A stretch of 64,000 nt of DNA from Octopus sinensis (Eukaryota): the NCBI RefSeq assembly GCF_006345805.1, contig NW_021833008.1, positions 31,156 through 95,155 on the forward strand, read 5' to 3'. Below, one piece after another: positions 38,250 through 50,784 of this stretch. The translations under genes and the position numbers were made by a program. A model generated the notes under the pieces. The model had not been told where the DNA came from, did no database searches, and was given only the letters and a program-made list of their open reading frames with translations. Position 1 is the stretch's first letter. The number at the start of each line of letters is the position of its first letter.

Positions 38250-38335
38250 TTGCACCTGATGAGTGACTATATTTAAATTGAATTGATTTTACTGTTATCA
38301 ATTTGAAAATATAGCCACAAGACACGTGTAGTCTA
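38250..38335 (+). ncRNA. Decayed minimal type I hammerhead-ribozyme motif with long stem II
   Basis: CTGATGA (38256-38262), stem II gtgactatattt...aaatatagccac, AAGA in place of GAAA, C ACGT G, TA. Confidence 0.55.
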
Positions 38336-38506
38336 TTTACTAATTTTACACTATTATTTCATACTTTATTTAGTTCTAGTTAAATGTTTTATTGTATCTT
38401 TAATTTTTTTCTATATGGTATAATTTAAGTATATCATTGTTGAATTGCTACATGGTGGTTCTTCTCTAATTTATATACATGTATACACACACACACACAC
38501 ACACAA

Positions 38507-38551
<45 letters not shown>

Positions 38552-38557
38552 CACATA

Positions 38558-38744
38558 TGAAAGGGTGCTGAAAAGTTTCTGGATTTGAGTAGAAAAGGAT
38601 TAGTTAATTATAATTTCATTCAATATATTCCTCTCCCAGATTCACACACTTATTGCAGTGGTCCTTCAATTTTTCTAAGCTCTGTAAAAAAAACTCAGAA
38701 GGCTGTGATACTCTCAAAGCCAAGAACTTTTCAGCACCCCCTCA
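38558..38744. mobile_element. Mariner-type MITE (~187 bp)
   Basis: TIRs tgaaagggtgctgaaaagtttctgg / ccaagaacttttcagcaccccctca; TA at left. Confidence 0.75.
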
Positions 38745-38746
38745 TG

Positions 38747-38990
38747 TACAGGTGTGGTTGTGCAGCTGAGAAGCTTGCTTCCCAGTCATATGTTTTAGAG
38801 TTTAGCGCCCTCATATGGCACCTTGAGAAAGTGACTTCTTTTATAACCTGTTTCACCAAAGCCTTGTGAGTAGATTTGGTAGATGGAATCTGAAAGAAAC
38901 CTGTTGTATTTGTGTGTGTGCATGTACCCTTGTGTAGACCTTACATGATGGTTGTAAAATACATTATCATCATACAAGGAAGGTTTTTTT
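38747..38990 (+). mobile_element. Old tRNA-derived SINE
   Basis: Similar to 22215-22520 (agaagcttgcttccc, ggcaccttg, ccaaagccttgtgagtagatttggtag). Confidence 0.65.
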
Positions 38991-39178
38991 TATGTCTTTA
39001 ATCTTCTATGAAAATATATCTAGCTATGGAAAAATATACCTTGCTTGGAAACAGCCGAAGTTGTTGACATGGTAACATGAAGGTCATCCTACCATAGAAA
39101 ATATGCCTCAACAAATTCCATCTAATCTATGTATGCAATCATGTAAAAGTGGATATTAAATGCTGCTTCTGCTATATA

Positions 39179-40406
39179 CAAGGGTTGGTTGAACAGTTCA
39201 TAGGGTGACCAAGATACTCTTATGGAATGTGACCAAACGACTTTTATTTTTCAACATAGTCTCCTTTACAGTGTACACATTTCTTCCATTGGTGAAGAAG
39301 ATTTCATCCTGTTGGTCAAAAATGTTGCCAACAGTAGATATCACATCATTATCACTGCAATACTGATTCCTAACCAAGTAGTTTTTCATGTTGGGGGACA
39401 GATTATAGTCAGAAGAGTCCAAATCAGAAGAATGAGGAAATTGATCAATCAGTATCAATCAGTTCATAGTTACAATCACACAGAGCAGCCATTGAAACCA
39501 AGGACATGTGTATTGGAGCATTGTCCTGACAAAACAAACCCCATTTTGTCAGTTTTCTGAATGGCTTTCGCAACTGCCTCAGCAAGTTTGCATATTACTC
39601 TCCATTGATGGTGTAACCCTTTTGAAGATAGTCAATAAACACAATGTCCATCGCCTTCCCTGAAATGAAATAACCATAGTCTTCTCTGATGCAGGTGAGG
39701 AGGAGTGTTTCCTCTGCATAAATTGTCTCTGTCTCTCACTCAAAGTGATGAGCCCAACACTCATCGTGGGTTTGGAAATGTGCAAGGAACTGAGCTAGAT
39801 CCATCAAACAATGTCAGATTTTCCCATGATGTGATCAGCCTGATTTGCTTTTGATCAGGTGTCAGAAGACAAAACATTCACCAAGAACAAACCTTCATCA
39901 TGCTAAATTCATTGTGCAGAATATTTTCAACTCTCTCACAGGATATGCTAACATCATTGGCTATTTATCATTGTCTGTATCCCTCACCATGTGGTGAACA
40001 TGATCAATGTTTTTCTTCAGTGGTGGCAGTTTCAGGATGTCCAGACCTTGGGTCATCTTCATTTATTCTCTGTTCCCATTCTAAATTCAGATGCCCTTTT
40101 TTGCACTATTGATAAAGGTGGAGCGTCACCCTAATGTAGGAACCATGTTGGCATGAATGTCCTTGGTGGTGAGGGGTATAAAACATTTTTCTGCAGATAC
40201 TTGATAACATTAGGGTGCTAAATTTTATCTATTTTCAAGAGAAGTCACTACTAGTTACTTTTGAAGTCTTCTTTGAACATTGAGATGTCAGTCTAGCAAG
40301 AAAGAACACAGTTATGAATAAGAAGTGTTGGAATTAATGCATGCAGGATTTCATGGCTCTAGCATCACTCCTTCACAGTCAGCCTATGAACTTTTCAGCC
40401 CACTTG
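39179..40406 (-). mobile_element. Full-length degenerate mariner element (1228 bp)
   Basis: TA-flanked imperfect TIRs (caagggttggttgaacagttcatagg / cctatgaacttttcagcccacttg); minus ORF 39198-39458 FPHSSDLDSSDYNLSPNMK (HPPYSPDLAPSDY). Confidence 0.85.
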
Positions 40407-41195
40407 TAATTCATTACTTTCTCTAATAATTTCTAGAATCTAAAATCATATTCCTTTAAATACTTGACATAAGTTGTCTTGTGATTCTATTCTTTGCTTT
40501 GCTGCTATTTCAATTTTTTTGTGGTAATGCTAACCTGTAATTCATTACTTTCTCTAATAACTTCTAGAATTGTATCCGGTTTAGATACTTGTCATAATTC
40601 TCTTGTTTCTATCACTCTTTGCTTCCCTGTTTCGATTTTCTTGTGGTGAAGCTAGCCATCTCTTCCATTTTCTTATTGCCCTTTGCTGCTATTTTGATTT
40701 TCTTGTGACTACTTCCAGCTGTAGATTATACAAAGAACCCTTTTACACATGGTATCTTTCAAACCTCAACTTGCTCTGCTATTTGGCACCATCATATCAT
40801 GACGCGAAATATCCAGCCACTAAATTAAGAAACATCTCTAGTTTTTTAATCATTCATCATTCTTTTTATTCATTTAACATTTACTACTAACATGTTAACA
40901 TTCTTCAGTTAAAATAACTTTGTGATCTGTAATTTACTACTTTTTCTAATATTTTCTAGAATCTAGAATCGTATCCCTTTAAATACTTGTCATAATTCTC
41001 ATGTGTTGCTATCATTCTCAGTTTCACTGCTATTTCGATTTTTTTGTGGCAAATCTAACCTGTAATTTGTTACTCTCTCTAATAACTTCTAAAATCATAT
41101 CTCTTTAAATGCTTACCATAATTCTCATGTGTCTCTATCATTCTTTGCTTCAGTGTTTCAATTTTCTTGTGGAAAAGCTAGCCGTTTCTTCCATT
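40405..41195. repeat. Degenerate ~130-bp unit repeated four times in two blocks
   Basis: tgtaattcattactttctctaataa-ttctagaat-like motif at ~40405, 40537, 40930, 41060. Confidence 0.6.
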
Positions 41196-41304
41196 TCTTG
41201 TTTGTGATGCACCCACCCTTTCCTTCCCCCACCACCTATACCGGAAATCCCTTCTCTCATAACGGAAATCCTGGAAGTGTCGGGGCAGCAGGGAACTGTA
41301 TCTT

Positions 41305-43712
41305 ATAGCCAGAAGGGAAGCTAGGAGACAGGTATATCTAGCCAAGAGGGAAGAAGAAAAGAAGAAGTTTGCCTATGTTCAGTGTCATGAGGACCAAAGA
41401 ACTGAAGTATTTTGGATTGCAAGACAGTGTGTGAGAGAAAATTCTGTTGTCATAGGGGAGAAATGTGTCTGCATGGATGATGAGCACTTATTTTTAATGA
41501 GTCTGCAAATAAAGTGCTGAATGTTGAAAATGAATGGCACGAGGAGAGTCTACCGAATGTCAACCCAACTGAGAGACCAGCTACCTGAATCAACAGTACC
41601 TTAGAAGACAAAGCAATTAAGGCTATGAAGACAGGGAAAACCCCTGGCCCATCAGGAATCACTGCTGAGATGCTTAAAATATCTGGCAGTGTTGGTTATT
41701 GTCGAGTCACCCGTATTGTAAATCAGGTAGTTCATGAAGAAGTCCTACCTAATAACTGGTGTGGCTGCACCATAGTCAACTGCTACAAAGGTAAAGGTGA
41801 TGCCTTAGATAGAAATAATTTCAGAAGTATTAAATTGTTGGATCAGGTGATGAAAGTTACAGAGAGTCGTAGCCCAATTAATTAGGGAGAGATTTAGTTG
41901 AGATGCAGTTTGGGTTTGTGCCATGTAGAAGCACCACTGATGCTATATTTCTGGTAAGGCAACTGCAGGAGAAATACCTAGCCAAAGATAAACTTCTGTA
42001 ATTGGCTTTTGTTGACCTGGAGAAAACTTTTAACAGAGTCCTCCAATCCCTTATCTGGTGGTCAATGTGGAAACTAGGGATAGACAAGTGGTTGGTAAGA
42101 GCCATACAAGCCTTGTACAGGGACACTACCAGTAAGGTGTGGGCAGGCAAATAATTCAGGGTACAAGTAAAGGTTCACCAAGGGTCAGTGCTCTGTCCTG
42201 CATTATTCATCATAGTCCTCCAGACAATACAGAGGAATTTTAGACAGGCTGCCCCTGGGAGCTCCTCTATGCTGATGACCTTTCTCTTATAGTTGAATCA
42301 CTACTTGAACTAAAGATGAAGTTCTAGATTTTGAAGCAAAATCTAGATTCAAAAGGCCTTAGAGTTAACCTAGTGAAAACCAAAGTCACAGGTAGTAGGA
42401 AGGCAGAGAAATCACAAATCCCTACAGTTAGATGATCCTGCTCAACCTGTAGAAAAGGTGTAGTTAGAAACTCCATCAGATGCACCCAGTGTAAGCTTTA
42501 GACTCTTAAAGGGGCAGCAGCATCAGAGGAAGGTTAACAAGGAAACTAACTTTTGTATGTCGAAGGTGCACAGGTACAATTAATGCTGAAAATGTGCAGA
42601 AAATAAACTCCATCAACTGCCAGATGGGCATGGTAGAGGTAGTAGATAGCTTCCATTATCTAGGTGACCAACTTAGTAGTGGAGGTGAATGTTTCAAGAG
42701 CATGACTGTCAGAATAAGATTGGGTTAGGCAAAGTTCAGAGAGCTCCTACCCTTGCTGGCAATGAAGGGCCTTTCTCTCAGAGTGAAAAGCAGATTGTTT
42801 GATGCGTGTGTGTGAACAGATTTGTTGCATGACAGTGAAACATGAGCTTTGACAGCTGAGGATATGTGTAGGCTTGAAAGAAATGAAGCCAGTATATTTC
42901 ATTGGATGTGCAATGTCAGTGTGCATGTTTGACAGAGTGTAAACATCTTGAGAGAAAAGTTAGGCAAAAGAGGAATGAGGTGTGAAAGAGAGACGACTGT
43001 GCTGGTATGGTCATATGATGCGTATGGATGAGGACAGCTGTGTAAAGAAGTGCCAATCTGTAACTGTGGAGGGAACCTGTGGTAGAGGTAGACTCAGGAA
43101 GACATGGAGTGAGGTGGTGAAGCATGATCTTCAAACTTTGAGCCTTGCAGAGACAATGACTGGTGACCAAAACCTTTGGTGATGTACTCTGCTTGAGAGA
43201 ACCCATCAAGCTAAGTGTGCCTGTGTTGGTGGCACATAAAGAACATCTTTTGAACATTAGGCCTGACAGAGGCAAAGTGGCTGAGTTCCTTTCAAGCATT
43301 GGGCCTAACAAAGGCTAAGTGGCTGAGTTCCTCTCAAGAATTGGGCCTCACAGAGGCAAGTTGGCTGAGGTCTTTTCGAGCATTGAGCCTCATGGTGGCA
43401 ATGTGGCTGAATTCCTTTCAAGTATTGGGCCCGACGGAGGCAAGTTGGCTGAGTTTCTTTCAAGTGTTGGGCCTCATGGAGACAATAACCAAGACCTTTG
43501 GCATTATATTGTGCTTGAGAAGATCCATCAAGCCAAACAAAAGTGCAGTTGTGGCAGGTACCGTTGTTACGCAAACTGGTACCGATGTCGGTGGCACGTA
43601 AAAACACCTTTTACCCTCTTGGAGTGGTTGGTGTGAGGAAAGGCATCCAGTCATAGAAAACCATGCCACATGAGACTGGAGTCTGGTGCAGCCTTCCAGA
43701 TGTTAAATGATG
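41305..43712 (+). mobile_element. Degenerate RTE LINE with 42-bp repeats in the 3' UTR
   Basis: ORFs 41625-41885 and 42982-43182; repeats gggcctcacagaggcaagttggctgag... at 43270-43480; tail to ~43712. Confidence 0.88.
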
Positions 43713-43736
43713 TTATAATATATATATATATATAGA

Positions 43737-46514
43737 CTAGCTGAAGGTGACCCACTCTACGCGCAGGTAAGAGTGTGGTTGTTACTTTCTGTTGCTTCCT
43801 TTCAGCATGTAAAAAGCACCATCTGAACGTGGCGGATTGCAGCGCCGCCTTGACTGTCTTCTGTGCTGGTGGCACATAAAAAGCACCAACCGATCGTGGC
43901 CGCTGTCAACCCCCCTGGCACCTGTGCCGGCGGCACGAAAAAAGCACCCACTATGCTCACAGAGTGGTTGGCGTTTGGAAGGGCATCCACCTGTAGAAAC
44001 ACTGCCAGATCAGACTGGAGCCTGGTACCACCTCCTGGCTTCCCAGACCCCTGTCAAACTGTCCAACCCGTGCTAGCACGGAAAACGGACGTTAAACGAT
44101 GATGATGATCATGATGATTCTCCCTCTTTGTTTCTTTCTCCTTTCTCTCTCACTTTCCCACTCTCTTACTCTTCCTTTCTCTCGGACTCTCCCTCGCTTT
44201 CTCTTACTCTCTATCTTTATCTATCTCTCTCCCATTTATAAACAACAAAAGATCTTGAGTAAGTTGAGAAATAAAATATTTAGAAAGATCAATCATAAAT
44301 ATCAGGCAGTTACAAAGGAAAGGTCTGCTTCAAGACAGACAGCAATACACTAACATTTAAAAGGGACAGACGAACTTGCGAGCTGAATAAAAATAATAAA
44401 ATATTGGAAACCAAAGTTTGAAGGGATAGACTTTGAAGATAGTAGAGTCACCATGGCTGGCATTTCTTAACGACGGACAGCAACGTATTGACAGTTCAAC
44501 GGCTGGCGTAAAATTTTGAACTTGATGTAAAAGAAAATCCCTAAAAACTAAGTTTTGAATTGATTCTTTCTCACGACAGTAGACTCACGATGGCAAGCAT
44601 TCAAAACTTCTTCATCATGGACAGCAACACATTGACGATTAAAAGGCTGGTGCAAATTTTTTTAGCTTGATGTAACAGAGAATTGCTAAACACCCGCTCC
44701 TTTAAATTTTAATCCCCTTCCAGCCCCCTTTTCACATTTTGGTTAATATAACCCGATTTCATTTGGGTCTACTGGGGTCACATTTTATAAGATGAGGACT
44801 CAACCAAGTTTCCCGAGTTCTGGTCATAGACCATAGAACAGTCAAGCAAGTTTCCCGAGTTCTGGTCATAGACCATAGAACACTTAGCTAAAATCTAGTT
44901 TCTACCTAGTCTGAACCGATCAATCCGCCGCAGTCTTCATCCACACAGAGCTTACTCTACCATGTTCCAGTTCCAGCGACAGACAACCAGACCAGCCAGT
45001 CATGTTCCTGCTCCAGCCAATGACGACGCTAACATACACCAGCAACGCCACCGACGCCTTCATCTCAACGTCCCCTTTCTCTGCTGTCGCCATCACCATC
45101 GTCGTCCTTCACCTTCACGTCATCTCCATCTCCGTCGCCTTCATCTCCAGCAACACTAATATGTACATAGCACTCATTCAGGTTTAGCTTTCACGCTGTT
45201 AGGATCTTCTATACCAAGTAACGTGGCACAGCATTGAAGCCACAACCGCTACACGACATGTGTTCAACTGGCATCTGCACTTGTGATCCGAACATCCTGT
45301 TACAGAACGAACTGCTATTATGTACTTTACTAGGAACTGGTAAATTAACTCCATCTTGTCTGAAATACCCTTAGAGACTTTTCCTATGCGCTGTATTTTG
45401 TTTTGCCCGCATACACCTTGTTTGTACTTCTGTCGCACACACGAACACACATAGTTAAATGCTATCTCTGTCACATTCATACGCCACACATGCCTTTCTC
45501 GCTTGTTTTCCATGCTCAATGTGCCCTTGTAAATACAACTCATCTCTGTAAGACCCTAGATCGGTCACACATACATAGAGAAAGTTGTTTGTCTCTTACA
45601 ACGCGCCAGCATGCCACACTTTTGTTCCTGCACGACCGAGGTATATAATAACTCAAGCACTGGCTGGCAGCCTCAGCCTTACTGCATTAATCACTGGCAT
45701 ATTCAATACTGTACGCTGTATTTCAGCCTAACAAGCCCTATTGCACTCATGCACCTCTGTTCTGCACGTGTACTCCCTTGTTTTGCAACACGTGTGCGTC
45801 AGCTCAATTCTTCTCCCGACTCAAAGCACGTCGGATGTTCACATGCACTGCTCTCATGTTTACGCATAATTTCCCCTGTTAGAACCCTGTTGGTCACGTA
45901 ATTAACAGAGAAAATTATCTGTCTCGCACCCAAGTTGCACCCAAAAAGTGTAAAGAAGCAATCAGTTCCCTTTACGTAACTATCAAAAAGTATTAAAAAG
46001 TTTCATACACATAAATACAGATATATACACTTTGTATATATACATTATATATACATATTTATATATAGAACACACACACACACACATATATAAATGCTCG
46101 TTGGTGTGTTCTGTTTGTATTTGGTCGATGGGCGCGTTGACAGGTAGACAATAGAATGCGGTGGCGATGGCGATGGAATATTTGTTTCTCTGTATGAATG
46201 CAGAGAGATACATGAGTAAAAGTTATGGGAAGCTAAGAGATAGAGTGAGTGAAAATGTTCTTACATTAAATAACGGGAGTGGAATTGTCAAAGTTATAAA
46301 TGAAGGGGAGTTAGAGGGGGAATGGAGGAAATATTGTGAGTGAGGAAGATGGCCCCTAGCAACCACACCTTTAAGATAGGGGTTTCTAAGGTAGCCCACG
46401 GGCATCGTTACCTCATTCTACATGTCCCTGTAAATTTTGGAGCGAATCGGACGGGACGTAGTGGCATTGAAAGCGAACCAAGCGGTAAAAACGCATTTCA
46501 GTTTTATATATAGA
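43737..46514 (-). mobile_element. Helitron H1 array unit 1 (2778 bp) with unique internal segment
   Basis: CTAG at 43737-43740 with hairpin; 5' TC at 46513-46514. Confidence 0.85.
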
Positions 46515-48575
46515 CTAGCTGAAGGTGACCCGCTCTACGCGCGGGTAAGAGTGTGGTTGTTACTTTCTGTTGCTTCCTTTCAGCACGTAAAAAGCACCAT
46601 CCGAAAGTGGCGGATTGCAGTGCCGCCTTGACTGTCTTCTGTGCTGGTGGCACGTAAAAAGCACCAACCGATCGTGGCCCTTGCCAGCCCCCCTGGCACC
46701 TGTGCAGGCGGCACTAAAAAGCACCCACTACGCTCACAGAGTGGTTGGCGTTTGGAAGGGCATCCACCTGTCGAAACACTGCCAGATCAGACTGGAGCCT
46801 GGTACAGACTCCTGGCTTCCCAGACCCCTGTCAAACTGTCCAACCCGTGCTAGCACGGAAAACGGACGTTAAACGATGATGATGATCATGATGATTCTCC
46901 CTCTTTGTTTCTTTCTCCTTTCTCTCTCACTTTCCCACTCTCTTACTCTTCCTTTCTCTCGGACTCTCCCTCGCTTTCTCTTACTCTCTATCTTTATGTA
47001 TCTCTCTCCCATTTATAAACAACAAAAGATCTTGAGTAAGTTGAGAAATAAAATATTTAGAAAGATCAATCATAAATATCAGGCAGTTACAAAGGAAAGG
47101 TCTGCTTCAAGACAGACAGCAAAACACTAACATTTAAAAGGGACAGACGAACTTGCGAGCTGAATAAAAATAATAAAATATTGGAAACCAAAGTTTGAAG
47201 GGATAGAATTTGAGGATAGTAGAGTCACCATGGCTGGCATTTCTTAACGACGGACAGCAACGTATTGACAGTTCAACGGCTGGTGTAAAATTTTGAACTT
47301 GATGTAAAAGAAAATCCATAAAAACCAAGTTTTGAATTGATTCTTTCTCACGACAGTAGACTCACGATGGCAAGCATTCAAAACTTCTTCATCATGGACG
47401 GCAACACATTGACGATTAAAATGCTGGCGCAAATTTTTTAGCTTGATGTAACAGAGAATTGCTAAACACCCGCTCCTTTAAATTTTAATCCCCTTCCAGC
47501 CCCATTTATACCCCTTTTCACCTTTTGGTTAATATAACCCGATTTCATTTGGGTCTACTGGGGCCACATTTTATAAGATGAGGACTCAACCAAGTTTCCC
47601 AAGTTCTGGTAATAGACCATAGAACACTCAACCAAGTTTCCCGATTTCTGGTCATAGACCATAGAACAGTCAAGCAAGTTTCCCGATTTCTGGTCATAGA
47701 CCATAGAACACTCGACCAAGTTTCCCGAGTTCTGGTCATAGACCATAGAACACTAAAGTAAGTTTCCCGAGTTCTGGTCATTTGCAGAATAAATAGAGAC
47801 GGCGGAGGTGGCAGACGTCGTTGCAATGTAAACATGATTTGTTATAAGAGAAAGATTGTCCAGATTGTGTGTTGGTGGTGTTGGTGGTGGCTATGATAAT
47901 TATCATTAGGAAAAAGAGTGAGTGAGTGAGGAAGACATACATAAGTTGTGGCGATGATAATTGTAGACCCCTTTTCACATTTTGATGAAGAGAACCCGAT
48001 TTCATTCGGGTGTACTGGGGCTACATATAGGTGTGTGTGTGTGTGTGTGTGCACGCTGTAGAAATTAAATTAGAGATAAAACCACTAATAGGGAAATGAA
48101 ACAGTAAAAAACCAAAAACAAAAACATAAAAATAAAAATATAATATTAGATATATGAATATATGTGTGTGTTGACAGGTAGACAATAGAATGCGATGGCG
48201 ATGTAATATTTGTTACTGTCCATGAACACTGATAGATACATGAGTAAAATGTATAGGAAGGTAAGAGATAGAGTGAGTGAAAATGTTCTTGGAAGAGAGT
48301 AAATAGCGAGTGATTTTGAGGAAGACTTTACATTAAATAATGGTAGTTGCATTGTCTCTTGAAGAGGAGTGAGAGAGTACTGGAGGAAATAGGGTCAGTG
48401 AGGGAGATGGCCCCTAGCAACCACACCTTTTAAGATAGGGATTTGTAAGGTAGCCCACGCGCATCGTCACCTCATTCTACATGTCCCTGTAAATTTTGGA
48501 GCGAATCGGACGGGATGTAGTGGCATTGAAAGCGAACCAAGCAGTAAAAACGCATTTCAGTTTTATATATAGAGA
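46515..48575 (-). mobile_element. Helitron H1 array unit 2 (2061 bp)
   Basis: Exact ga|ctag junctions at both ends. Confidence 0.88.
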
Positions 48576-50096
48576 CTAGCTGAAGGTGACCCGCTCTACG
48601 CGCGGGTAAGAGTGTGGTTGTTACTTTCTGTTGCTTCCTTTCAGCACGTAAAAAGCACCATCCGAACGTGGCGATTGCAGCGCCGCCTTGACTGGCTTCT
48701 GTGCTGGTGGCACGTAAAAAGCACCAACCGATCGTGGCCGCTGCCAGCCCCCCTGGCACCTGTGCAGGCGGCACGAAAAAAGCACCCACTACGCTCACAG
48801 AGTGGTTGGCGTTAGGAAGGGCATCCACCTGTCGAAACACTGCCAGATCAGACTGGAGCCTGGTGCAGCCTCCTGGCTTCCCAGACCCCTGTCAAACTGT
48901 CCAACCCGTGCTAGCACGGAAAACGGACGTTAAACGATGATGATGATGATGATGATTCTCCCTCTTTGTTTCTTTCTCCTTTCTCTCTCACTTTCCCACT
49001 CTCTTACTCTTCCTTTCTCTCGGACTCTCCCTCGCTTTCTCTTACTCTCTATCTTTATGTATCTCTCTCCCATTTATAAACAACAAAAGATCTTGAGTAA
49101 GTTGAGAAATAAAATATTTAGAAAGATCAATCATAAATATCAGCAGTTACAAAGGAAAGGTTTGCTTCAAGACAGACAGCAAAACACTAACATTTAAAAG
49201 GGACAGACGAACTTGCGAGCTGAATAAAAATAATAAAATATTGGAAACCAAAGTTTGAAGGGATAGACTTTGAAGATAGTAGAGTCACCATGGCTGGCAT
49301 TTCTTAACGACGGACAGCAACGTATTGACAGTTCAACGGCTGGCGTAAAATTTTGAACTTAATGTAAAAGAAAATCCCTAAAAACCAAGTTTTGACTAGA
49401 TTCTTCCTCACGACAGTAGACTCACGATGGCAAGCATTCAAAACTTCTTCATCATGGACGGCAACACATTGACGATTAAAAGGCTGGAGGAAATTTTTTA
49501 GCTTGATGTAACAGAGAATTGCTAAACACCCGCTCCTTTAAATTTTAATCCCCTTCCAGCCCCATTTATACCCCTTTTCACCTTTTGGTTAATATAACCT
49601 GATTTCATTTGGGTGTACTGGGGCCACATTTTATAAGATGAGGACTCAACCAAGTTTCCCAAGTTCTGGTCATAGACCATAGAACACTCAACCAAGTTTC
49701 CCGATTTCTGGTCATAGACCATAGAACAGTCAAGCAAGTTTCCCGAGTTCTGGTCATAGACCATAGAACACTCGACCAAGTTTCCCGAGTTCTGGTCATA
49801 GACCATAGAACACTAAACCAAGTTTCCCGAGTTCTGGTCATTTGCAGAATAAATAGAGACGGCGGAGGTGGCAGACGTCGTTGCAATGTAAACATGATTT
49901 GTTATAAGAGAAAGATTGTCCAGATTGTGTGTTGGTGGTGTTGGTGGTGGCGATGATAATTATCATTAGGAAAAAGAGTGAGTGAGTGAGGAAGACATAC
50001 ATAAGTTGTGGCGATGATAATTGTAGACCCCTTTTCACATTTTGATGAAGAGAACCCGATTTCATTCGGGTGTACTGGGGCTACATATAGGTGTGT

Positions 50097-50139
<43 letters not shown>

Positions 50140-50673
50140 ACGCTGTAGAAATTAAATTAGAGATAAAACCACTAATAGGGAAATGAAACAGTAAAAAAAC
50201 CAAAAACAAAAACATAAAAATAAAAATATAATATTAGATATATGTATATATGTGTGTGTGTGTGTGTTGACAGGTAGACAATAGAATGCGATGGCGATGT
50301 AATATTTGTTACTGTCCATGAACGCTGATAGATACATGAGTAAAATGTATAGGAAGGTAAGAGATAAGAGTGAGTGAAAATGTTCTTGGAAGAGAGTAAA
50401 TCGCGACAGAGTGATTTGAGGAAGACTTTACATTAAATAACGGTAGTTGCATTGTCAAATGAAGAGGAGTGACAGAGTACTGGAGGAAATAGGGTGAGGT
50501 AGGAAGATGGCCCCTAGCAACCACACCTTTTAAGATAGGGATTTGTAAGGTAGCCCACGCGCATCGTCACCTCATTCTACATGTCCCTGTAAATTTTGGA
50601 GCGAATCGGACGGGATGTAGTGGCATTGAAAGCGAACCAAGCGGTAAAAACGCATTTCAGTTTTATATATAGA
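48576..50673 (-). mobile_element. Helitron H1 array unit 3 (2098 bp)
   Basis: Exact ga|ctag junctions; near-identical to unit 2. Confidence 0.88.
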
Positions 50674-50734
50674 CTAGCTGAAGGTGACCCGCTCTACGCG
50701 CGGGTAAGAGTGTGGTATATATATAAATGTATAC

Positions 50735-50784
<50 letters not shown>

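Noticed and set aside
45197-45907. Possible solo LTR (TGTTA...TAACA, TATA-like box)
   Set aside because: Flanks cacgc / gagaa show no target-site duplication; kept only as part of the unexplained cargo.
47545-47835. MTRTRETW-repeat ORFs (also 49522-49895 and 58932-59366)
   Set aside because: A 42-bp minisatellite is a multiple of three and so stays open by construction; no other coding evidence.
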